Below, piece after piece: positions 8,238 through 16,148 of a stretch of DNA of 31,427 nucleotides. Source of the stretch: an uncultured virus (IMG/VR IMGVR_UViG_3300021091_000002) (taxonomy: Duplodnaviria > Heunggongvirae > Uroviricota > Caudoviricetes); IMG/VR virus record IMGVR_UViG_3300021091_000002; one strand, written 5' to 3'. How positions within the stretch are numbered: position 1 is the stretch's first letter; each line of letters opens with the position of its first letter. Both the position numbers and the translations under genes were made by a program. The notes under the pieces are model-generated. The model made no database searches. It saw only the letters and a program-made list of their open reading frames with translations, and was not told the DNA's origin.

Positions 8238-9491
8238 ATGGGAACTAGCAACGTATTTGGTGGGCGATTTATAGCCGTGCCAGAGTGGGCCTTGGCCTAC
8301 ATAAATGAGCATGGGCAACCCCGCGATCTGCAGGTTCTGACTTGTATTGTGTCAATGATACACTTGCACGATAAGTCGGTAACTGTGTCTGTGGTAGACC
8401 TAGCAAAGGTCGCCCGCACTTCAAAAGAAACTGTAAAGAGATCACTCAAGTGGTTGTCCGATAATTTTGTAATCGGTGTTACGGTTGGCAAAAAGCCAAG
8501 CCCAAACACGTATACGGTACACTACACACAGCAAGTAATGGGGTCATCAGTGACCCCATATAGGGTCATGGATGACCCATTGATGGGCACACCGGTGACC
8601 CCATTTGGGGTAGGGGATGGGGTCACACATGACCCTATCAAAACGATTGAAATTCCAGCGTGCGATGAGTTTTCTGAAACTCCTAGAGTAATACTACTAT
8701 TAAATAGAGAAAATACAAAATCTATAAAGAGGGCCGAGGGCCGGGATGGTATGGTTGTAGACATGATTATAGGTGCAGATCCAAATGAAATTTCTAAGGT
8801 TGAGGAACCGGCCAAACGCAAACCGCGTCCAGAGGTAAACAGCTTAGTAACCTACTTCGTATACCATCCACGATCAGTAATGAGCTGCTCCTACACTTTT
8901 CAAGAAACTCAAATACTTAGAAGAACAATACGGTTGCTGCTTGACTCAGGATTGACACGGGCATCCATCGCAAAAATGATCGATAAGTTCTTCAGCACAG
9001 ACCGAATGCGGTCAGCAGACTCACCAGTACATATGTTCTCTAGCAAATCTGTACAACAGTCATTAATGGAAAAGGTTGAAACTGAGCTAGATAGCGATAC
9101 CAGCCCGGTGCTTACGTTGATGCTCAATGATTTTAACAGAGACAATGTACAGCTACCGTGGGACTCATCATCAGACAAACACCTGCGAAACACCGTGATT
9201 ATGACTGCGATAGACGCGTGTTATAGATACCCGGAAGTAGTTGCTAGAGTTATTGAGTCAACGGTTGACTTTTCAATCCCAGAGTTTAAAAATAAACTTT
9301 TAGCTCTTAACTCACTGGTTAAATGGCATCTTAATACAGAGGATTGCGATAGAGATGAACTTATTAGCACCCTCTCCGGTATCACACTTCCAAAAGAATT
9401 GCTTGCTAAAACACGTTCATCCCTGAGACCAGCTGCTGATACTATTGTGTCAGCAATTTACAATTATAGAAGAGGTTCTCATGGGGTATGA
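8238..9491 (+). CDS. Putative replication initiator with N-terminal winged HTH
   Basis: SVVDLAKVARTSKETVKRSLKWLSDNFVIGV...PNTYTV is a wHTH pattern. It contains internal iterons and lies upstream of the DnaC-like and DnaB genes. Confidence 0.7.
   Translation: MGTSNVFGGRFIAVPEWALAYINEHGQPRDLQVLTCIVSMIHLHDKSVTVSVVDLAKVARTSKETVKRSLKWLSDNFVIGVTVGKKPSPNTYTVHYTQQVMGSSVTPYRVMDDPLMGTPVTPFGVGDGVTHDPIKTIEIPACDEFSETPRVILLLNRENTKSIKRAEGRDGMVVDMIIGADPNEISKVEEPAKRKPRPEVNSLVTYFVYHPRSVMSCSYTFQETQILRRTIRLLLDSGLTRASIAKMIDKFFSTDRMRSADSPVHMFSSKSVQQSLMEKVETELDSDTSPVLTLMLNDFNRDNVQLPWDSSSDKHLRNTVIMTAIDACYRYPEVVARVIESTVDFSIPEFKNKLLALNSLVKWHLNTEDCDRDELISTLSGITLPKELLAKTRSSLRPAADTIVSAIYNYRRGSHGV
8538..8635. repeat. Four palindromic iterons GGGTCA-N4-TGACCC (probable replication origin)
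   Basis: Copies at 8541-8556, 8563-8578, 8586-8601 (left half degenerate, GGCACA) and 8620-8635. AT-rich tract at about 8688-8728. Confidence 0.85.
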
Positions 9492-9696
9492 CGGTATATT
9501 TGCATTCACAAACTTTGAAGACCTTGTTCACTTTGTGAATTGGGTCACAGAATCCTTTAATGACCCACAGGAGTTCACAGACTGGATAAAGTCACGGACT
9601 CTCGACTGTGCAGAAATCGACAACCAATTTTGGAGCATAATTGAAAATGGCTATTATTCGGAAAGCAACGGCTCAGACCTTCCCAGTTCCGACTGA
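9481..9696 (+). CDS. Small acidic hypothetical protein
   Basis: ATG 9481 with GAGG RBS; overlaps both neighbours. Confidence 0.55.
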   Translation: MGYDGIFAFTNFEDLVHFVNWVTESFNDPQEFTDWIKSRTLDCAEIDNQFWSIIENGYYSESNGSDLPSSD

Positions 9697-10276
9697 TTGG
9701 AAATCAGAAAAATGGTGGCGTAATCGTTCAACTGACGAGCGCCTGTTTCACACCCGCATACCTACTAGGTGGTTGTCCTTTACTCTAGACAACTTAGAAG
9801 TCAGTGATTCAACAAAGTCTGGCGTTTCAAATTGGATTGCAAACTACCAACCAGGAGACAGCCTGTTCTTGCATGGCAAGTCTGGTTGTGGCAAGAGCGT
9901 TGTTGCTCAAGCCGCTCTGTCTCAAATAATCGCAAACAATGAGCTGTCTGGGAGATTTGTTAGCAGTGATCGGTACATCGACATGCTGAAAGATACTTTT
10001 GAACAGGACGGTGGGTTGCTACCAGAGATGTACTCTATGCCCTACTTACTGAAATACATTCAGGGTGTGTTTGACATTGTGATGCTTGATGGTGTTGGGC
10101 AGGAACGAGAGACAGAATTTTCAACACACGAGATAGGTAGCCTGATTAGACGCAGATACGAAGACACTAGATCCATGATCATCACAACAACCATGGGAGT
10201 AATGGACTTTAATCGTCGGTACGGTGATCGTGTGAAGGTAGCTACAACGGAGATGACCGAGATTAGGGTTTCGTAA
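9647..10276 (+). CDS. DnaC/IstB-like AAA+ ATPase (helicase loader)
   Basis: Walker A LFLHGKSGCGKS, Walker B-like IVMLDGVGQE, LIRRRYE..RSMIITT. Confidence 0.85.
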   Translation: MAIIRKATAQTFPVPTDWKSEKWWRNRSTDERLFHTRIPTRWLSFTLDNLEVSDSTKSGVSNWIANYQPGDSLFLHGKSGCGKSVVAQAALSQIIANNELSGRFVSSDRYIDMLKDTFEQDGGLLPEMYSMPYLLKYIQGVFDIVMLDGVGQERETEFSTHEIGSLIRRRYEDTRSMIITTTMGVMDFNRRYGDRVKVATTEMTEIRVS

Positions 10277-10719
10277 TGGAGCGTGGGGATATATCCGATT
10301 ATACAACGACTAGCCAATCGTGTATATGGGAAGGGGTTTTGGCAAACCCACCTAAAGGGTTCTCTTTAAAAACTCGTTATCTTTTGTACGAACGGGCCAA
10401 CAATTGGGAGTCAGCTATACCAATGTGGAAGCCAAACGACCTATCGGTTCGTTCAATTGCAGATTGTACAAACAGGCTCCACATCAGTACTGATGTAATC
10501 ACGTTTATTTCACAGGGCGCCGTAGATCCAATATACAACTGGCTTCTCCGCAAAGGAATTACCACAACCGTGTTGTATTACCCATCGCCTAAAGAGTATG
10601 CTTTTGACCTGCGCTACAACCGGGGAATAAAAACTGTATACGTTGCCAACGACGATGATGCTTTTACGATAGGGTTACGAGCCCACGTCGTGCAACCAAA
10701 CACCGCTTGGAGAATTTGA
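10276..10719 (+). CDS. Hypothetical protein
   Basis: 147-aa ORF translationally coupled on both sides (TAATG, TGATG). Confidence 0.7.
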   Translation: MERGDISDYTTTSQSCIWEGVLANPPKGFSLKTRYLLYERANNWESAIPMWKPNDLSVRSIADCTNRLHISTDVITFISQGAVDPIYNWLLRKGITTTVLYYPSPKEYAFDLRYNRGIKTVYVANDDDAFTIGLRAHVVQPNTAWRI

Positions 10720-11972
10720 TGGCTTCCAGTGAGCTGTATCTCATTTCAAAAATCATTCAAGAAAAAGATATGACGACGCCAGTGCGAGCAGGTCTAAAGC
10801 CTGATCACTTCACTGGATCGTGGGTAGGGGTTTGGTCTTGGCTACTTGACTTTCAAAGAACACATGGAGCAGTACCGACTGAGAGGGTGTTCTCACAAGA
10901 GTTTGGTGACATCCATTTGGAGGATGCATCCGGAGAAACATTCTCTAGATTGATCGATGAGGTTCTGTCTGCTTATCGGCAGAGAACCATCATGGATTCT
11001 TTGTCTCACGCTATACCAGCAATCAACAGCAATAACATTGCCGACGCAATGGCCGCGCTTGCGGCTGGTCTACAGAAAGCGTCAGTGGAATCGTCAAGAC
11101 TTCGTGACATTGACATCATTCAAAACTGGGAAAACCGCGTGTCTCGTTACGAAGAGATGCGCAACACACCAAACGCCTTGCGTGGTATACCAACAGGGTT
11201 TCATGGTCTTGACAGAATTACTCATGGACTACGCCCACAGCAGTTCATTGTCTTTGCTGGAGAGCCCAAGCGAGGTAAGTCTTTGTTTGCCTTGATCTTG
11301 GCTAACTCAGCGCACATACACGGCAAGAGACCCTTGTTTGTTTCGTTTGAGATGAGTATTGAGGAACAGGAAGCTAGATACGACTCACTTATTTCCAGAG
11401 TTCCCTACACACGGATTCTCTCAGGAGATTTGTCAAATGCTGACATGGCAAAGATCAAGCGCGCATTGAGTCTCCGAAAAAACATGCAACCGTTTGTGTT
11501 TAGCGAAGACACATCCTCCCTAACTACTGTCACAGCTTTGGCTGGCAAGGTGCAAGAGTACCAACCAGACTTGCTTGTTGTAGATGGTGTGTACTTGATG
11601 GACGATGAAGAGGGTGAAGCCAAAGGTTCCCCACAAGCGCTTACCAACATCACTAGAGCACTCAAGCGACTTGCCCAACGGTTTGACATTCCCGTCGTAG
11701 CCACCACTCAGGTTCTCTCTTGGAAGCTACATAACCGAAAAACAAGAGCAGTTACAGCTGACGCAATTGGGTACACTTCATCGTTTGCACAGGACGCTGA
11801 CTTGATCCTTGGTGTGGAGCGCAACCCAGACGTTGATGATCAAGCAATTATCAGAGTTGTCCTAGCAAGAACTGCACCTACTGGAGAAGTGCATGTAAAG
11901 TGGGACTGGTCTACTATGGAGTTTGAGGAAGTAAACGACTATGACAACCACATCAACCCCTCATTCGATTAA
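10719..11972 (+). CDS. dnaB: Replicative DNA helicase, DnaB family
   Basis: GIPTGFHGLD, Walker A GEPKRGKS, FVSFEMS, LLVVDGVYLM, SFAQDADLIL. Confidence 0.95.
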   Translation: MASSELYLISKIIQEKDMTTPVRAGLKPDHFTGSWVGVWSWLLDFQRTHGAVPTERVFSQEFGDIHLEDASGETFSRLIDEVLSAYRQRTIMDSLSHAIPAINSNNIADAMAALAAGLQKASVESSRLRDIDIIQNWENRVSRYEEMRNTPNALRGIPTGFHGLDRITHGLRPQQFIVFAGEPKRGKSLFALILANSAHIHGKRPLFVSFEMSIEEQEARYDSLISRVPYTRILSGDLSNADMAKIKRALSLRKNMQPFVFSEDTSSLTTVTALAGKVQEYQPDLLVVDGVYLMDDEEGEAKGSPQALTNITRALKRLAQRFDIPVVATTQVLSWKLHNRKTRAVTADAIGYTSSFAQDADLILGVERNPDVDDQAIIRVVLARTAPTGEVHVKWDWSTMEFEEVNDYDNHINPSFD

Positions 11973-12858
11973 CATCGCTAGACTCCTTGAGTCAGTGGGC
12001 GTAGAGATTAAACGAGTTGGTGAACGAGAGATCACCGGTAAGTGCCCGGTCCACATTAGGACGGTTGGGAGACATGACAATTCCCCATCATGGAGCATGA
12101 ATGCCAACACCGGACTATGGATTTGCTTTTCCTGCGGAGCCAGAGGATCTTTGTCCTCACTTCTGTACGAATTGACTGGTGGAGTCAACTCTATTGACAT
12201 GCAGAAGATGCTGGTTGAGTCTTCTTTTGAAGCCCTAAAAGCACCAAAGATTACACAAGAAGAAACTTACGTAGATCGAGATGCGTTCTTTGGGTTTGTA
12301 AGAGTTCCTGAAACTTTGTGTGAGTCAAGAAACCTTGATCCAGAACTAACTCATAAGCACGGCGTTAGATGGAATAAAGATCACAGAGCATGGGCCATCC
12401 CGATAATGTCGCCAACAGGCCGCTTAGAGGGTTGGCAAGAGAAGAAGCATGGTAGTGTGCTGAACTACCCAAACGGGGTAAAAAAGTCCAAGACTTTATT
12501 TGGCATCGAACGTTTTAGAAGCACTACAGCTGTGCTTGTTGAATCTCCATTAGATGTAGTTCGGTTTGCCTCTCTTGGGTTAGACGCTCAGGCATTAGGC
12601 ACGTTTGGTGCATATGTATCTGATGAACAGCTAAGATTAACTTTGTATGTAGCTGATCGAATTGTTGTAGCTATGGACAACGATGACGCTGGGATTGCTT
12701 CTAGTAAAAAGATTTACAAAACAATAGGTACACCAAGAGCAGGGCTTTTGTGGTGGAACTACAGTGGTTCAAACTGCAAGGACATAGGTGACATGGAAGA
12801 CGAAGAAATTAAGGTAGGATTAGATACCGCAACTGTCCTACCACCTTGGATTATCTAA
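11941..12858 (+). CDS. dnaG: DNA primase (CHC2 zinc finger + TOPRIM)
   Basis: CPVH...SPSWSMN..GLWICFSCGARG, LVESPLDV and VAMDNDDAG. Confidence 0.9.
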   Translation: MTTTSTPHSINIARLLESVGVEIKRVGEREITGKCPVHIRTVGRHDNSPSWSMNANTGLWICFSCGARGSLSSLLYELTGGVNSIDMQKMLVESSFEALKAPKITQEETYVDRDAFFGFVRVPETLCESRNLDPELTHKHGVRWNKDHRAWAIPIMSPTGRLEGWQEKKHGSVLNYPNGVKKSKTLFGIERFRSTTAVLVESPLDVVRFASLGLDAQALGTFGAYVSDEQLRLTLYVADRIVVAMDNDDAGIASSKKIYKTIGTPRAGLLWWNYSGSNCKDIGDMEDEEIKVGLDTATVLPPWII

Positions 12859-12859
12859 A

Positions 12860-14407
12860 ATGTTTACAGGATCTCTATACCCATACCAAGAAGAGTCTGT
12901 CGAAAAAATGCTTGACAGGGGCCAAGTGCTACTCGGGCTTGTGATGGGCGCCGGCAAAACCGTAACCGCTATTGCCGCCATAGAATTCCTTTTTGAGAGT
13001 AACGAAGTAGATCGTTGCTTAGTCGTTACCCCAGCGTCGCTAAAGTACCAGTGGAAGCGTGAGATTGAAAGGTTTACAAACTCACGTGTAGTTGTAATTG
13101 ATGGCACTGTCAAAGCACGCGAACGCTGTTGGAAATCAGCATTATCAGCTCGATATATCATCGTAAACCCTGAGTGTCTATTGCGAGATCTTACCTTGTT
13201 TAAAAAGGTAGATTGTCAGGCAATTGTGGTTGACGAAGCAACTATGCTTAAGTCACGGGTTAGCAAGAGATCAAAGTTAGTTAAAAAGATTGCCAAACCG
13301 ATGTTGTACCGCTATGCCCTTACCGGACAGCCTATTGAAAACAAACCAGAAGAACTGTTTTCAATAATGGAGTTCGTAGATCCAACGGTGCTCGGCCCTT
13401 TTACAGATTTTGACCGCACATTCATTGTGCGTGATCACTGGGGTAAACCCTTAAGGTACAGAAACTTAACGGAGCTACACAACTCCTTGTCACACTGCAT
13501 GATCAGAAAAACTCGTGAAGACATAGCTGATCAACTTCCTGAGATTATTCACCAAGTAATCCCTGTGCCATTTGATGAGGCTGGGGCTTCTCTCTATAGA
13601 TCAATCGCAAAAGACTTGTTGTACCATCTACAACAGGCTATGTCTAAACATGGTGGGTCTTTTAACCTATGGAAACACTACAACGATCCTGAGTCTAACG
13701 AAGCCCAGGGACAGATTATGTCTAGGTTAACGGTGCTAAGGATGCTGTGTGATAACCCACAACTAGTGATTAGATCCTCAGAAATTTACTCCGATCCAAA
13801 TAGGCCAGACGAAGGCAGCGCTTATGCTCATAATATCTATTCTAGAGGGCTAATGTCTAAGGTTACGGAGTCTCCAAAATTAGATGCAGTGATCGAGTAT
13901 ATCGAGGAAGTTCTCTCCGCCTATCCCAAAAACAAAGTAGTTTTGTTTTCCTTCTTTAAGGAGAACCTTCGACTGATTCAACAAGCAACTTCAAAGTTAA
14001 CAAACAGCGTTCTGTTTATGGGTGGTATGAGCGCTGAGGAAAAAGACAAGGCAAAGCAGCTATTTGGAAACGACCCAAACACGCGGTTGTTCTTATCATC
14101 AGATGCTGGAGGATACGGAGTAGACTTGCCTATGGCAAACTACCTGATATCTTATGATCTCCCGTGGAGCAGCGGTAAGTTAGAACAAAGAGAGGCAAGA
14201 ATAATTCGATTATCTTCACAATTTCCCCACGTAACTATTGCAACTTTTGTTATGCAGGGTAGCATTGAAGAAAGACAGTATGAGATGCTGCAACAAAAGC
14301 GTTCAATTAATGAAGCGTTTGTTGATGGTAAACACCACGACCACAAGGGTGGGTTTGACATTACATTGGGTAGCCTCTCAAACTTCTTAAAACAATCACA
14401 CGTATAG
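12860..14407 (+). CDS. SNF2-family (SF2) helicase
   Basis: LYPYQ, MGAGKT, VVDEA, LTGQPIENK, SSDAGGYGVDL, LEQREARIIR. Confidence 0.93.
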   Translation: MFTGSLYPYQEESVEKMLDRGQVLLGLVMGAGKTVTAIAAIEFLFESNEVDRCLVVTPASLKYQWKREIERFTNSRVVVIDGTVKARERCWKSALSARYIIVNPECLLRDLTLFKKVDCQAIVVDEATMLKSRVSKRSKLVKKIAKPMLYRYALTGQPIENKPEELFSIMEFVDPTVLGPFTDFDRTFIVRDHWGKPLRYRNLTELHNSLSHCMIRKTREDIADQLPEIIHQVIPVPFDEAGASLYRSIAKDLLYHLQQAMSKHGGSFNLWKHYNDPESNEAQGQIMSRLTVLRMLCDNPQLVIRSSEIYSDPNRPDEGSAYAHNIYSRGLMSKVTESPKLDAVIEYIEEVLSAYPKNKVVLFSFFKENLRLIQQATSKLTNSVLFMGGMSAEEKDKAKQLFGNDPNTRLFLSSDAGGYGVDLPMANYLISYDLPWSSGKLEQREARIIRLSSQFPHVTIATFVMQGSIEERQYEMLQQKRSINEAFVDGKHHDHKGGFDITLGSLSNFLKQSHV

Positions 14408-14414
14408 GAGAGAC

Positions 14415-14855
14415 ATGGAAAAGGTTGTTAAGACTACCCGTAGGTACCCTTCTCAGGAATTAGCCCTGATCAGTAAGGAATATAGTGACCTTAAGAGTTT
14501 GATTGATAAGTACCAGGTCAGACTAGATCAACTAAAGAAAGAGCTAACTGACCAAGCAGACACCTTTGGTGACGAGGATGACAAAGGACATAAGTGGCTG
14601 AGAGCCGGAGACTTCCAGATCAAAAGAGAACGACGAGTTTCGGTTAACTTAGATTCTAGGGAAGCTGAAGCATGGGCCAAAGATAACAACATTTGGGATG
14701 ATGTGTCTGAAGTAGTTAGAGTACTAGATGAAGATAAGCTTCTTGGCAAGGTATGGGAAAACCCAGAGCTAAAGCCAGCCCTAGACAACTTGTATGTAAA
14801 AAAAGAAACATGGGCTTTTAAGTTCTCAGAAAGCAAGAGTTATGACGACGAATGA
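14415..14855 (+). CDS. Hypothetical protein with N-terminal coiled coil
   Basis: AGGAG RBS; 146 aa inside the replication operon. Confidence 0.7.
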   Translation: MEKVVKTTRRYPSQELALISKEYSDLKSLIDKYQVRLDQLKKELTDQADTFGDEDDKGHKWLRAGDFQIKRERRVSVNLDSREAEAWAKDNNIWDDVSEVVRVLDEDKLLGKVWENPELKPALDNLYVKKETWAFKFSESKSYDDE

Positions 14856-15024
14856 AATTTACGAATGGTTAAAAGAACACGCTGTTGTGCACACTGAATC
14901 TGGTGAAACTTACGACATCTTCCGCTTTAAACAGGCAGTATCTTTGATTGAGTTTTTGATGGAAGAACGTGACTATTGGAAGAACGCCTACATGGAGGCA
15001 ACTAGTGCCCCGCGATCCACTTGA
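14842..15024 (+). CDS. Small hypothetical protein
   Basis: 60-aa ORF filling the gap, overlapping both neighbours. Confidence 0.55.
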   Translation: MTTNEIYEWLKEHAVVHTESGETYDIFRFKQAVSLIEFLMEERDYWKNAYMEATSAPRST

Positions 15025-15439
15025 CTTTTTTAATGATCTACCAGACTTCCCTGGAAAGACCCCACCAAAGAATCGCTCTTCAAAGAAATCTGACAATAGA
15101 CTTGACGACCGGTTCAACGGAGCAAAAGGTAAGGTCTTTAGAATTAGCGGTGAAGAGAGAGTGTTCTACACAGTAGGAGAACTCGCAAAGTGCTTGCATC
15201 GTAAGCCAGTCACGATTAGGATGTGGGAGCAACAGGGGTGGATACCCAAAGCCACCTACAGAACCCCCACACCAAGAGGCGAACAAATTCCTGGAAAAAC
15301 TTTGAAAGGTCGTAGACTTTACAGTTTGGAGCAGGTAGAGTTCTTGATGGATGCTCTTGAGCATTTCAAGATAGACGATCCCAACAAGGCCAATTGGGAT
15401 GGTTTCAGAAAACACATAAAAAACAAGTGGCCCAACTAA
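15005..15439 (+). CDS. MerR-like HTH DNA-binding protein
   Basis: GTG 15005 with GGAGG RBS; FYTVGELAKCLHRKPVTIRMWEQQGWIP...RRLYSLEQV. Confidence 0.85.
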   Translation: MPRDPLDFFNDLPDFPGKTPPKNRSSKKSDNRLDDRFNGAKGKVFRISGEERVFYTVGELAKCLHRKPVTIRMWEQQGWIPKATYRTPTPRGEQIPGKTLKGRRLYSLEQVEFLMDALEHFKIDDPNKANWDGFRKHIKNKWPN

Positions 15440-15457
15440 CACGAGAAAAGAGAAATT

Positions 15458-16147
15458 ATGTCAAGATACGACGACGACGACGACACCGAAGTGCTGGAAG
15501 AAGCAACTTCGGTACGCCGACAGACAAAAGTAGTGACCGACGACGCGGCACCTGTTAGTGCCGCGAGCGCTATCCGCCGGGGATGGGGAGCAGTGGAGCA
15601 GGCAAAATCTGCAGACTCGCCGTACGCCCAACGCCTCCGTGTTAGCGAAGAACCAATCATCATCAAGTTCCTTGAAGATGAGCCTTACGCTACTTACAGA
15701 CAGCACTGGGTTGAGCGTTCAGGGCAGAAGTCATTCACCTGTATTGCCGACCTCGACCCTAAGGGTTGCCCACTATGCGATGCCGGTAGCCGTCCATCAA
15801 CACGGTTTGCGTTCAACGTTGTCTTGCTGTCTCCTGATTCAGAGCCAGTTCTTAAGTCCTATGAGGTTGGTCCTAGAGCCATTGATCAACTCAAAAACTT
15901 CCACGTTGACCCACGTCAAGGGCCCCTGTCCAAACACTTCTGGGCCGTAAGCCGCTCCGGTAAGGGTGCTACCTCCGCAACCAACCACCAGCTGGTCAAG
16001 GAGCGGGACCTAGAAGAGTGGAACATCGATATCCTCACTGAGACAGACTTCAAGGTCATGCGCAAATCTGCGTACACCTCCGATATCATCCAGATCCCGT
16101 CCCGCAAGGATCTCATTCAGATTGCATTAGAAGACTTGTCTGACTGA
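15458..16147 (+). CDS. Single-stranded DNA-binding protein, gp32-like
   Basis: IIKFLEDEP...YRQHWV...FTC...GCPLC...RFAFNV...VSRSGKG pattern; directly upstream of the polymerase. Confidence 0.7.
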   Translation: MSRYDDDDDTEVLEEATSVRRQTKVVTDDAAPVSAASAIRRGWGAVEQAKSADSPYAQRLRVSEEPIIIKFLEDEPYATYRQHWVERSGQKSFTCIADLDPKGCPLCDAGSRPSTRFAFNVVLLSPDSEPVLKSYEVGPRAIDQLKNFHVDPRQGPLSKHFWAVSRSGKGATSATNHQLVKERDLEEWNIDILTETDFKVMRKSAYTSDIIQIPSRKDLIQIALEDLSD

Positions 16148-16148
16148 T

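Noticed and set aside
8538..8635. Palindromic repeats as a mini CRISPR array (given the Cas4-like gene)
   Set aside because: Units are 16 bp with 6-18 bp gaps, lie in frame within a CDS and have no spacer-length unique sequence. Iterons fit better.
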